From: Limisphaerales bacterium | GTDB lineage: Bacteria; Verrucomicrobiota; Verrucomicrobiia; Limisphaerales; UBA9464 | DNA length: 64,000 bases | Direction of reading: 5' to 3' | Assembly: GCA_965283655.1 (NCBI GenBank) | Contig: CBDIPJ010000001.1 | Span: 114,987-178,986 of the forward strand | Shown here: one piece after another, positions 1 through 8,783 of the stretch | How the letters are laid out: every line of letters begins with the position of its first letter | Numbering within the stretch: the first letter of the stretch is position 1 | The notes under the pieces: model-generated | Told to the model about the DNA's origin: nothing | The model's database searches: none | The model's input: only the letters and a program-made list of their open reading frames with translations | Position numbers and translations under genes: made by a program

Positions 1-25
1 AAGAGTCTGTTTGAGGCCTTCCGCC

Positions 26-1897
26 ATGGGTGAAGAATCTATCCGCCGCCGTTCCCGAAAGCGCCGCAGCCTGGGCTTCCTGCTCGCCGCTTCGCGTCGA
101 CGCGAAACCAGCATCCTCGGGATCCTCCGCGAGGACACCAAGTTCCGTTGGGTCTTCGGAGGCTTGGTGCTCGTTGCCTTAGGCCTCGGCCTGATGCTCC
201 CGAAGATCTGGATCACGACGGCCAAGGGCATCACACCGGTCGTCAAGGTCAGCGGCCTGGACCTGCTCCAGACCCGCTCCTTGATGCACACGGCACGCAA
301 CCAGCAGGAGGCTGGAAAGGTCACCGAATCACTCCAGGCGTGGACCTCCGCGATCGTCAACAACCCCGGAAGCATCGAAGCCGTCCGGGGATTCATCCAG
401 TTGCTGGCCTCCCAAAACCGCGTCGAAAGTCGCTGGAACAGCATGGGCATCGGACAATCGCTCTGGCTCCTCAACCTCACCCAGACCAACGCCGCCGACC
501 TGGACCTCGCCGCGCAATTCTACCGGAAGGCGGAACTCCACGAACTCACCATCCAGATCGTGGGCCAGACCAACGTCACATCGACGCCAACCACCGCCGC
601 GGCCCTCGCCCTTGCCTACTTCGAAACCGCCCGCACCACCGAGTTTGCCCACCTCTGGGAGACCCACGCCGCCGAGTTCTCCCAGGATCCCGAACTCCGA
701 CTGCGCCACGCCGCCTGGGCCGCGGTCTGGGGACCACCCGGTGAACTGGGTCGCGGCCTCCAGCAACTGACCGAGGCCTCACGCGAATCCGCCAACCAAG
801 TCCTCGCCCTCCGTCTCCTGCTGCTGGTCCAGTCCCAACGTCTCGACCTCGGTGGATTCAACACCACCTTTGCCGAACTGGCGGGGCTCCGGGGCGACCG
901 CCTGCAGGACCACGTCCGCCAATGGCTGCTCCTCGAATACCTCGGTCAGCACACCCTCGCGGTGGAGAAGGCGCGTGCCTACGCCATCCCTCCCCAGACC
1001 GTCACCGAGGCCGAGATCATGCTCGCCGCCTGGAACCGCCTCGGCATCCACGACCTCGCTATCGACTTCGCACGGCAGCAGATGCCCACCTTCCCAAGCG
1101 CCGCCCAATTGTGGATCCTGATCGGCCGGATGCTCGCCAGCGCCCAGCGCTGGGACGACCTCCGCGCCGTCGCCGTCGAAATGCGCAACAACCCGCGCGT
1201 CGCACGACTGCTTGGCGGCTACACCTTCTACCTCGAAGGCGTCGCGGAACATGGCATGACTCATCGCGCCCGGGCCGAAGATCTCTTCCGCCAACTGCTC
1301 GCGGATCCCCCCACCGAAACACGCCTCACCTACGAATGCGGCACCGCCCTCCAGGCGCTGGGGTACAACGAAATCGCCCAGACGCTCCTCAAGCGCCTCG
1401 AATCCGCCCTCGGTGGAAAACAGGAATTCTGGCAGCACATGGCCCAGGTGGCCCACACCACCCGTGACGCAGAACAACTGCTGCTGGCCTGTGAAAAGGC
1501 CTACCTCCTCTCCTCGAACAGCCCGGTCGCCGCCAACAACTACGCCGCTGCACTCCTCACCGCCCGCCAGAAACCTGCCGAAGCGGTCCGCCTCACCATC
1601 GATGTCGTGACAAAGTCTCCCAACTCCCGCATCGCACGCATCAACCACGCCCTCGCCCTCGCCCAGAACAGCCGCTTCACCGAGTCGCGCGCCGCCCTCG
1701 ATGGCATCAATCCAGACGCCCTCAACCCCATGGAACAAACCTACTGGCACATGGGCCAACTCGAATGCGCCATCGGTCAATCCGACCTGGACCTCGGCCG
1801 CCGCCACATCGACCAGATCCAGCAGCAGTTCCTGTTTCCGTCCCAGATCGACTGGCTCACCCGCCAACGCGCCAAGCTCCTCCAGAAACCCGGCTGA
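26..1897 (+). CDS. membrane-anchored helical-repeat (TPR-like) protein, hypothetical
   Basis: Long ORF; ATG at 26 preferred over TTG at 11. Arg-rich N-terminus, then one hydrophobic helix (FGGLVLVALGLGLML), then helical-repeat-like sequence. No specific family recognised. Confidence 0.6.
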   Translation: MGEESIRRRSRKRRSLGFLLAASRRRETSILGILREDTKFRWVFGGLVLVALGLGLMLPKIWITTAKGITPVVKVSGLDLLQTRSLMHTARNQQEAGKVTESLQAWTSAIVNNPGSIEAVRGFIQLLASQNRVESRWNSMGIGQSLWLLNLTQTNAADLDLAAQFYRKAELHELTIQIVGQTNVTSTPTTAAALALAYFETARTTEFAHLWETHAAEFSQDPELRLRHAAWAAVWGPPGELGRGLQQLTEASRESANQVLALRLLLLVQSQRLDLGGFNTTFAELAGLRGDRLQDHVRQWLLLEYLGQHTLAVEKARAYAIPPQTVTEAEIMLAAWNRLGIHDLAIDFARQQMPTFPSAAQLWILIGRMLASAQRWDDLRAVAVEMRNNPRVARLLGGYTFYLEGVAEHGMTHRARAEDLFRQLLADPPTETRLTYECGTALQALGYNEIAQTLLKRLESALGGKQEFWQHMAQVAHTTRDAEQLLLACEKAYLLSSNSPVAANNYAAALLTARQKPAEAVRLTIDVVTKSPNSRIARINHALALAQNSRFTESRAALDGINPDALNPMEQTYWHMGQLECAIGQSDLDLGRRHIDQIQQQFLFPSQIDWLTRQRAKLLQKPG

Positions 1898-1900
1898 ACC

Positions 1901-2392
1901 GTGCCCTCCGACACCACCGACAACCCGGGGCCTTCCGGTCTCGCCCGATTCTTCCTGCAGTGGGTAGCCACGACCGCCGCTGTGCTGGTTGCTGCCCACC
2001 TCGTTCCCGGCGTCGGGTACGACCGTTTCCAATCCCTCGCCGTCGCGGCCCTGATCCTCGGCCTGCTCAACGCCTTCGTCCGGCCGATCCTCGTCATCCT
2101 GTCGCTGCCGTTCGTCCTGATCACCCTCGGCTTCGGCATCGTGTTCGTGATCGGGTTCATCAACGCCCTTTTCCTCTGGCTGGCCGGCCGTTGGGTCAAT
2201 GGCTTCGACGTCCACGGATTCTGGCCCGCCCTGTTCGGCGGTCTCGTCGTGGGAGTGGTCAGTTCCCTCCTGAACCGCATGTTCGGCTCGAGTCCCGCCA
2301 AGACCCGCACATCCACGGATTCCAAGCCCCGCCCGGGGCGCAACCGTCGTTCCGGCCCCCCCGACGGCAACGGCCCGGTGATCGACGTCTGA
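1901..2392 (+). CDS. DUF360 / phage-holin-family-4-like (YvlD-like) membrane protein
   Basis: GTG start 3 nt after the upstream stop. Four hydrophobic helices; the pattern VRPILVILSLPFVLITLGFG...NALFLWLAG resembles DUF360 proteins. Confidence 0.6.
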   Translation: MPSDTTDNPGPSGLARFFLQWVATTAAVLVAAHLVPGVGYDRFQSLAVAALILGLLNAFVRPILVILSLPFVLITLGFGIVFVIGFINALFLWLAGRWVNGFDVHGFWPALFGGLVVGVVSSLLNRMFGSSPAKTRTSTDSKPRPGRNRRSGPPDGNGPVIDV

Positions 2393-2452
2393 GAACGCCC
2401 CGGAACCCGGGATGGATCCGTCCCTGCGGTTTACGCTAACGTTCCCCCCGCC

Positions 2453-3712
2453 GTGGCCAATCGTCGTCGCAAGTATTCCCTCCCGGGAGGCAAGGGATCG
2501 AAACGTCCCTCGGGGACGATCCTGCTCGGCGCGGCAGCAGCGGGCGTGGGAATCCTGCTCCTGATCTGGTGGCTGTGGCCGACACCTCCCCCGGCCCACC
2601 GGAACTTCGGGGCAAACCAAGGGAGGCCCTCCCTCCAGTCCGTCCTCCCTCCCTTGCCCCCAACACCGGGCACACAACCGACGATTGCTCCCGTCACTCC
2701 CACCCCGCCTGTTCAGGTCTCCACCCAGATGCTGCGCTGGGAGGTTCCACCGCCCCAACCCCGCGGTGTGCAGATCTCCACGCAGATCGTCGCCGCCCAC
2801 ACACCCCGCGTCGCCTCCACCCCCGTTTCCCAAGGACCTGCTCCGGGAACATGGATTCCCCGAGCCCCGACCAACGCCCTCGAAACCCAGATCGCCCTCT
2901 ACAGCCATGGAATCAATGGGGGATCCATCGACGGCGTCAGCGGCGCCCAGACCGCGGCCGCCCTGCGCGCCTTCCAGGTGAAGCAAGGCATCGAAGCCAC
3001 CGGCCGCCTCGATCGCGACACCCTCCGCGAACTCCAGATCACCCACTCTCCGATCACACGCCTCACCGTCACCGCCGAGGACATCGCCCGCATCCACACC
3101 ATTCCGCCAACCTGGCTGGCCAAATCCCAACTCGGGGTCCTCGACCACGAGTCCATCCTCGAACTCGTCGCCGAACGCACCCGCTCCCACCCCAACCTCC
3201 TCCGTAACCTCAACCCCGCCGTCGACTGGTCCCGCGTCGCGCCCGGTACCGAACTCGTCGTTCCCAATCCCCAGTGGCCACCCCCAAAACGCGCCGCCCG
3301 GGTCCGCGTCAGCCTGGCCGGCCGCCACCTGCGCGCCTTCGACGAACGGGGACGCCTGCTCTGCCACTTCCCCTGCAGCATCGGCCGCGTCGCTGCCAAA
3401 CGCCCCGTCGGCGACCTCCATGTCGCCGTCGCCGTCCGCGATCCAAACTACACCTTCGATCCCGCTGTCTTCCCCGAATCGGCGGAAGGCCGCGCCTTGA
3501 AGCGCAAGCTCCTGATCCCGCCCGGACCCAACAACCCCGTCGGTATCGCCTGGATCGGTCTCAGCCGACCCGGTTACGGAATCCACGGCACCCCCGTTCC
3601 CGAACAGGTCGGACGCACGGAAAGCCACGGATGCTTCCGCCTCGCCAACTGGAACGCCGACTACCTCCGCCAGATGGTCTGGGTCGGGATGCCCGTCAGC
3701 GTCGAACCCTGA
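2453..3712 (+). CDS. L,D-transpeptidase (YkuD domain) with peptidoglycan-binding domain
   Basis: N-terminal TM anchor. PG_binding_1-like segment (IDGVSGAQTAAALRAFQVKQGIEATGRLD). C-terminal YkuD motif GIHGTP...ESHGCFRL with catalytic Cys. Confidence 0.8.
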   Translation: MANRRRKYSLPGGKGSKRPSGTILLGAAAAGVGILLLIWWLWPTPPPAHRNFGANQGRPSLQSVLPPLPPTPGTQPTIAPVTPTPPVQVSTQMLRWEVPPPQPRGVQISTQIVAAHTPRVASTPVSQGPAPGTWIPRAPTNALETQIALYSHGINGGSIDGVSGAQTAAALRAFQVKQGIEATGRLDRDTLRELQITHSPITRLTVTAEDIARIHTIPPTWLAKSQLGVLDHESILELVAERTRSHPNLLRNLNPAVDWSRVAPGTELVVPNPQWPPPKRAARVRVSLAGRHLRAFDERGRLLCHFPCSIGRVAAKRPVGDLHVAVAVRDPNYTFDPAVFPESAEGRALKRKLLIPPGPNNPVGIAWIGLSRPGYGIHGTPVPEQVGRTESHGCFRLANWNADYLRQMVWVGMPVSVEP

Positions 3713-3734
3713 GGCCCCCTCGCGAACTCGGACC

Positions 3735-3840
3735 GGGGCGGCGACGTCCACGTCGCCCTCTCCCAGGCTCCTCCCCATGGCGATGAGGACATCACCTCCC
3801 CGTTCCAGGGCCGGGGTGGCGACGTCCACGTCGCCCTCTC
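3735..3840. repeat. REP-A array (+,-,+)
   Basis: GGCGACGTCCACGTCGCC at 3740-3757 and 3818-3835; inverted variant GGCGATGAGGACATCACC at 3779-3796. 39-nt spacing. Confidence 0.85.
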
Positions 3841-3909
3841 TCAAAGCCCCTCCCACCCCCGAAACCCAAGGCTGGATCCCTCCCACCCCAACGCGCCATC
3901 CTCCTGCCC

Positions 3910-4974
3910 ATGCTCCAGCGCTTCATGGATCGTCTGTCCGCAGGACAGGACCTCGCCCCCGGCGACATCGCCGAGGTCGTCGAATCCCTCGCCGGCGAGA
4001 CCGAGACGGTCGAGGCCAAGGCCGCCTTCCTGACGGCTCTTGCCACCAAGGGCGAGAGCCCCGCGGAAATCGCCGGGTTCGCCTCCGAACTCCGCGGCCG
4101 CGCCATCGGACTTCCCCTGCCTTCCTCCGTCCTTCACGGCGAGATCCTCGATGTCTGCGGCACCGGCGGTGACCGGCTCAACACCTTCAACATCTCAACC
4201 ACGGTCGCCCTCGTTTGTGCCGCTGCCGGCGTCACCGTCGCCAAGCACGGCAACCGCGCCGTCACCTCGCAGTCCGGATCCGCCGACGTGCTGGAAGCGC
4301 TTGGGATCCCCGTTGAACTGTCCCCAGAAGCCGCTGCGCACAGCCTCGCGGAGCACCGCTTCGCCTTCCTTTTCGCGCCCCGATTCCACCCCGCCTTCCG
4401 CAACATCGGCCCTGCCCGCCGTCTCTGCGCCGAACGCGGCCAACGCACCCTCTTCAATTTCCTCGGCCCCCTCCTCAACCCGGCTCGGCCCACCGCCCAG
4501 TTGATGGGGGTCGCCCGCCCCGAACTCACCGATCCCCTAGCGCGCACCCTCCAACACCTCGGCGTCCGCCGGGCGATGGTCGCCTCCGGAAGCGTCCCCG
4601 GCGGGGCCTTTCTCGACGAACTCTCGACCCTCGGCGACAACACCGTCTCCGAGTTCTACCAGGACCGTGGATTCAGCACCTCGACCTGGTCTCCCGCAGA
4701 CTTCCCGCTTCAACCCGCCACCCTGGCCGACCTCGCCGGTGGCGATCGCCACACCAACGCGGGCCTCATCGAAGGGATCCTGCGCGGGCGCGACACCGGC
4801 CCCCGCCGCGACGCCGTCCTGCTCAACGCGGGAGCCGCGCTCTTCATCGCCGGAGCCGCCCGAACCATCGTCGACGGTTGGGACAAGGCTTTGGAAATCC
4901 TCGCTTCCGGTGCCGCCTGGGACCGCGTGATCGCGCTGCGAAAAACGGCTACAACAACTCCGAAGGCCGGTTGA
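3910..4974 (+). CDS. trpD: anthranilate phosphoribosyltransferase
   Basis: Diagnostic motifs GTGGDRLNTFNIST and KHGNRAVTSQSGSADVLEALG over full length. Confidence 0.9.
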   Translation: MLQRFMDRLSAGQDLAPGDIAEVVESLAGETETVEAKAAFLTALATKGESPAEIAGFASELRGRAIGLPLPSSVLHGEILDVCGTGGDRLNTFNISTTVALVCAAAGVTVAKHGNRAVTSQSGSADVLEALGIPVELSPEAAAHSLAEHRFAFLFAPRFHPAFRNIGPARRLCAERGQRTLFNFLGPLLNPARPTAQLMGVARPELTDPLARTLQHLGVRRAMVASGSVPGGAFLDELSTLGDNTVSEFYQDRGFSTSTWSPADFPLQPATLADLAGGDRHTNAGLIEGILRGRDTGPRRDAVLLNAGAALFIAGAARTIVDGWDKALEILASGAAWDRVIALRKTATTTPKAG

Positions 4975-5818
4975 GAGGCGGTGGCTCCACCACCTGCGCC
5001 TGCTCCTGCGTCAATGGGGGAGGCGCATTCAGACTCCGATAGATCCACGCCTCCAACGGCCGCAGCGGCCGGAGCAACGGATAGATCGGCGAGTACAACA
5101 ACCGCAGCCGGACCAGTGACAACAGCATGTTGAGGGAGGTCCGGAAGTTGAAGGCCACCTTTGAACCGCTCTGATCCGTCCATACCGTCGGCAATTCACG
5201 GATGCTGAACCCCGCGCGCCGCAGCGAATACAGCAGGTTCACGTCGAAGGCCAGGTCCGCCAACCGCAACTGCCGCTGCACCCCTTCCACCGCCGCGCGC
5301 CGCATCACCTTCGCCCCGCATTGCGTGTCCTGGATTCCCATCCAGAAAAATCCCTCCACGAACGCGTGGAACAACCGGCTCGCCCGCCGCCGATCCGTCG
5401 TCTGCGCCACATTGATCTGCGATCCCTCCACCCACCGGGAGGCAATCACACAGTCCGCCACCCCGTTCCGACACGCTTCCACCAATTCCAGGAATGCCTC
5501 CGGCGGCGTCGCCCCGTCCGCATCCACATACCCGATAAGATCGGCGAGGGGCGCCAGCTTCAGTCCTTCGATCAAGGCCCCACCCTTCCCGATCGGCGCG
5601 GGAAAGTTCAGGTGCGAGATGCACAGGTACCGCTGCTCCGCCGCCCGGACCACGCCGATCGTGTTGTCCCGACACCCATTCAGGACCACCACCAACTGGA
5701 ACTTCCCCGGATAATGCCGGATGAAATGCTCCGCGTACGCGTGCAGCACAGGCGCGATCCGACCTTCCTCATTGTAGGCAGGAATCAACAACAACAGGCT
5801 GGGAGCAGTGATGGCCAC
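4949..5818 (-). CDS. family 2 glycosyltransferase (polyprenol-phosphate sugar transferase-like)
   Basis: LLLLIPAYNEEGRI, VVLNGCRDNT and VDADGATPP (DxD) motifs. GTG start at 5818 chosen because the longer ORF (to 6166) begins inside REP-A repeats. Confidence 0.75.
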   Translation of the reverse strand: MAITAPSLLLLIPAYNEEGRIAPVLHAYAEHFIRHYPGKFQLVVVLNGCRDNTIGVVRAAEQRYLCISHLNFPAPIGKGGALIEGLKLAPLADLIGYVDADGATPPEAFLELVEACRNGVADCVIASRWVEGSQINVAQTTDRRRASRLFHAFVEGFFWMGIQDTQCGAKVMRRAAVEGVQRQLRLADLAFDVNLLYSLRRAGFSIRELPTVWTDQSGSKVAFNFRTSLNMLLSLVRLRLLYSPIYPLLRPLRPLEAWIYRSLNAPPPLTQEQAQVVEPPPLNRPSELL

Positions 5819-5894
5819 GCGTCCGGTGGAGCTTGGTGACAAACCCGGCCCGCGAAAAGCGCGATTCCAGCCCACCGGAAAGTTGGAACAGGAT

Positions 5895-5954
5895 GGCGAC
5901 CTCCTCGTCGCCGCAACACAGCCTTTGCCGGGCGATGAGGACATCGCCGCCCCG
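5895..5954. repeat. REP-A pair (+,-)
   Basis: GGCGACCTCCTCGTCGCC (5895-5912) and GGCGATGAGGACATCGCCGCCCCG (5931-5954). Confidence 0.8.
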
Positions 5955-6068
5955 TCACAATCCTCAAGCAGGCCCGCGTCGAGAGGCACCCCCCATCGAT
6001 CCCAAAATCCGCCCGTGACAGATCCCGGACAACCGGGTCCAATCTGCGTGCAACCCCGCTCCGACCTG

Positions 6069-6632
6069 ATGGAACTGCCGCCGGACAGCGCGCCTGTTCC
6101 GCCGCCTCCCCCGGCGGTGGACTCCCTGCCTTCCGAATTCGCTGCCCTGTACGAAACGCACAGCAAGCAGGTGTTCTATCTGGCTTTGCGTCTACTCGGG
6201 GACCCAACGCTGGCGGAGGACGCCGCCCACGACGTCTTCCTCAAGGCCTGGCGAAACCTGGGAAACTTCCGCGGCGATGCCGACATCCGCACCTGGCTCT
6301 ACCGGATCACCCTCAATCATTGCTCCAACCTCCGGTCCAGCTGGCACGCACGGAACGTCCATACCCAATCCGATGACACCGTCATCGAGAACGCCGCCGG
6401 CGCCTCCGAAAGCCCCTTTCGCGATGTCGAGATGTCCGAACTCGGCCAGCGCATCCAGAAGGCCCTCGACGAACTTCCCGAGGAGTACCGCGTCCTCCTC
6501 CTCCTGATCGCCGATCAGGAACTCAGCTACGACGCTGTCGCCCAGATCACCCACCAAACCGCCGATGCCGTCCGCGGCAAGCTTCACCGCGCCCGCAAGG
6601 CCTTCGGCACCGCATTCCGGAAGACCGGCTGA
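6069..6632 (+). CDS. ECF-type RNA polymerase sigma-70 factor
   Basis: Region 2 (DAAHDVFLKAWRNLGNFRGDADIRTWLYRITLNHC) and region 4 (LPEEYRVLLLLIADQELSYDAVAQI). ATG at 6069 avoids the repeat-derived upstream extension. Confidence 0.85.
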   Translation: MELPPDSAPVPPPPPAVDSLPSEFAALYETHSKQVFYLALRLLGDPTLAEDAAHDVFLKAWRNLGNFRGDADIRTWLYRITLNHCSNLRSSWHARNVHTQSDDTVIENAAGASESPFRDVEMSELGQRIQKALDELPEEYRVLLLLIADQELSYDAVAQITHQTADAVRGKLHRARKAFGTAFRKTG

Positions 6633-6636
6633 CACC

Positions 6637-6861
6637 ATGAACACACGCCTCCAGCAACAACAGTCCGCCCAGGCCAGCCACTCCCAGCAGTCGGAAACTC
6701 GCCAGGTGGGATCGTTCGAGAACGCCGAGGACGCCCTCCGCGCCGATCGCAACCAGACCACCGTCCCCAACAGCCTCGGCGATCGCATCGCGGAATCCCT
6801 CGCCAGCGAACCCCAGCCCGCCGCACCCAAGAGTTGGTGGCAACGGCTCTTCGGCAGCTGA
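6637..6861 (+). CDS. small hypothetical protein downstream of the ECF sigma factor
   Basis: 74-aa ORF starting 5 nt after the sigma stop. Gln/Ser-rich with no TM segment. Position suggests co-transcription; function unknown. Confidence 0.35.
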   Translation: MNTRLQQQQSAQASHSQQSETRQVGSFENAEDALRADRNQTTVPNSLGDRIAESLASEPQPAAPKSWWQRLFGS

Positions 6862-6970
6862 CATCAAGCATCCAGCCCGGGCACCCCGCGCACACGAGGG
6901 GAATCATCGCGGAGTGCCCGGTGGATCACAGGCCCGGCCAAGAGGGAAAACCGGGCCCGAAAGCATTACC

Positions 6971-7148
6971 CTAGAAACGGCAGTTCATTGAACCGCAGAT
7001 GCCGCCGATTCCGCAGATGGAGGGGCAGAAATGCCAGCACCCAAGGCTCGTGCAGACGTCACCTTGCGGGTGAAGGGCGCGCCCGATCCAAGCTGCTGAC
7101 TCTCTGCGTCATCTGCGATCATCTGCGGTTCCAACTGCTGCTTTCAGG
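6971..7148 (+). repeat. ~170-nt structured element, copy 1 (candidate ncRNA or MITE)
   Basis: About 97% identical to copy 2. Closing inverted repeats AACCGCAGATG (6991-7001) / CATCTGCGGTT (7120-7130), and CGCAGATG / CATCTGCG nested inside. GNRA hairpin GGCA-GAAA-TGCC (7024-7035). Confidence 0.7.
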
Positions 7149-7154
7149 ATTACC

Positions 7155-7940
7155 TCACCCAGGCCTAGGACGCGGCGGCAACACGGGGCGCGCCACAGGT
7201 GCGGGTGGAGTCGTGGAATGGGTTCCACTGGATGCCACCCCCGCAGGGGACGCGTTTCCTCCCCCACCCCGAGGCGGCGGAGCCGGCGCCGATTCATGCG
7301 CGCTGCTCCATTTCCAATCCCGCGGGCGTCGGCAAAGTCCCGCATTCACTGCCCGGAACTCCACATTCCGGATCCGCCGCATCACCTCCGCCTCATCCTC
7401 GAGCGCCCGCAGATACGGCACCCGCTCCCACAATTCCACCGCACCGCGGTCGAGCGCGAGGTTCACCTGACTTGTCGTGTACGAGCGCCATTCCCGGACC
7501 ACCGCGCCTGCATCGACCCCTTCCGCTGTCGTGAAGATCACCTGCAGGTGGTTGGGCAGCACCGACCACGCCCGCAGCGTATACCGTCTTCCGTGACCCG
7601 CCTGCAGCGCTGATTGCACCAGCCGGGCCACCTGCTCATCCCGCAACCAACAGTCCCCGTGACCCGCGTTCAGTTCAGCTTCGATCCGTTGGGCAATCCG
7701 ACGACGCAGGGCCGCTTCATCCCCGCCGTCGGTCCGGTTGGCTTCTTCCTCCTCCGACCGCAACCGCGTCACCAACTCGGCCGGCATCGCATCCGTCAAC
7801 CGGAACACCGCCCAGTAGGTGGAGACGGGACTGACAGGTGTCGCCGGGTTGCTTCCGGATGCGGGCGCGGGCGGCAGCACGGGCGGGCGTCCAGGCGGAG
7901 GTCGATTGGCGGATCCTTTGGGAGAAGGCGTTGTCTGCAT
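7155..7940 (-). CDS. divergent Y1 (IS200/RAYT-like, COG1943-type) transposase homolog
   Basis: Core pattern YWAVFRLTD..., GRRYTLRAWSVLPNHLQVIF, ELWERVPYLRAL, VNAGLCRRPRDWKWSSA matches REP-associated tyrosine transposases. The HUH position reads H-L-Q. Single gene with no IS ends. Confidence 0.6.
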   Translation of the reverse strand: MQTTPSPKGSANRPPPGRPPVLPPAPASGSNPATPVSPVSTYWAVFRLTDAMPAELVTRLRSEEEEANRTDGGDEAALRRRIAQRIEAELNAGHGDCWLRDEQVARLVQSALQAGHGRRYTLRAWSVLPNHLQVIFTTAEGVDAGAVVREWRSYTTSQVNLALDRGAVELWERVPYLRALEDEAEVMRRIRNVEFRAVNAGLCRRPRDWKWSSAHESAPAPPPRGGGGNASPAGVASSGTHSTTPPAPVARPVLPPRPRPG

Positions 7941-8008
7941 GCGTTGATGTCGCCTGCTACAACTTCCACCTCCGGAAGGTTACCGACGCGTTCAAAGATT
8001 TTTCCCTC

Positions 8009-8032
8009 CGGGGCGCGATGTCCTCATCGCCC
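8009..8032 (+). repeat. REP-A single copy
   Basis: CGGGGCGCGATGTCCTCATCGCC. Confidence 0.7.
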
Positions 8033-8116
8033 TGAAGAAAAGCCCACCAACGACAACGGAGACGTCCCCACCCTGTTCAACACAGGAGCCACTTCCAAAG
8101 GCACTGCCTTCCCGGT

Positions 8117-8611
8117 TCAAACCCGCTTGGGCGCGTTCAACGAAAGTCGGCCAGCCTCCTGGATATAGGTCAGCGCGATTGCCAGCGCGTCGGCCGCGTC
8201 CGGCTCGGGAAGATCCGTCAATCCCAGCATCCGCTGCACCATCCGAGCCACCGCGATCTTGCGGGCCCCACCATGGCCAGCAACCGCCAGCTTCACCTTG
8301 CTCGGCGCCACCTCGTAGACCGCCAGTCCCGAAACCGCCACCGCCGCCATCGCCGCGCCGCGGGCTTCTCCCATGATGATCGCGGTCCGCAGGTTGCGTG
8401 CATGAAACAAACCTTCCACCGCGCACACCTCCGCCCGATGCGCCGTCAGCACCTCCCGGAAAACTTCGTGGATCCGCAACAGGCAGCGCGACCGCGCCCA
8501 GGAGGCCGGACATCGGATCGTTCCATGCGCGATCCCTTGCGGCCGTCCATCCTCCACCTTCACCACCCCCCACCCGGTTCCCCGCAACGATGGATCAATC
8601 CCCAACACCAT
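8117..8611 (-). CDS. ruvC: crossover junction endodeoxyribonuclease RuvC
   Basis: MVLGIDPSLRGTGWGVV start, plus ...GHGGARKIAVARMVQRMLGL...PDAADALAIAL. Upstream in-frame Met codons (8728, 8806) are possible but atypical. Confidence 0.85.
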   Translation of the reverse strand: MVLGIDPSLRGTGWGVVKVEDGRPQGIAHGTIRCPASWARSRCLLRIHEVFREVLTAHRAEVCAVEGLFHARNLRTAIIMGEARGAAMAAVAVSGLAVYEVAPSKVKLAVAGHGGARKIAVARMVQRMLGLTDLPEPDAADALAIALTYIQEAGRLSLNAPKRV

Positions 8612-8783
8612 CCGCACCACCGGCACTTCCACCCCAGGCAACGCCCGCTGCGCCGATCCCGCCTTCGACCCGCCCCCGGACTGCATCCGGCGCTGCAATT
8701 CCGCAAATTCCTTGGCTGAGATACCCATCGCCCACCGGCATACATTCCGGTCCGACCTCGCGCGAGCCCTTTGAGGAATCCTG

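Noticed and set aside
779-3886. Very long antisense ORFs: 779-3886 (1,035 aa), 14335-16749 (804 aa), 23761-28557 (1,598 aa), 34964-36370, 42570-43607 and many others.
   Set aside because: They lie opposite well-supported genes and have Gly/Arg/Asp/Ala-dominated low-complexity composition with no recognisable motifs. Stop-poor antisense frames are expected at ~65% GC.
6988-7470. ORFs covering the ~170-nt element (6988-7470 and 37057-37395), which share an almost identical ~50-aa segment.
   Set aside because: The shared peptide comes from the repeated DNA element. The sequence is Arg/Cys-rich and non-protein-like, and the diverged third copy does not conserve the frame.
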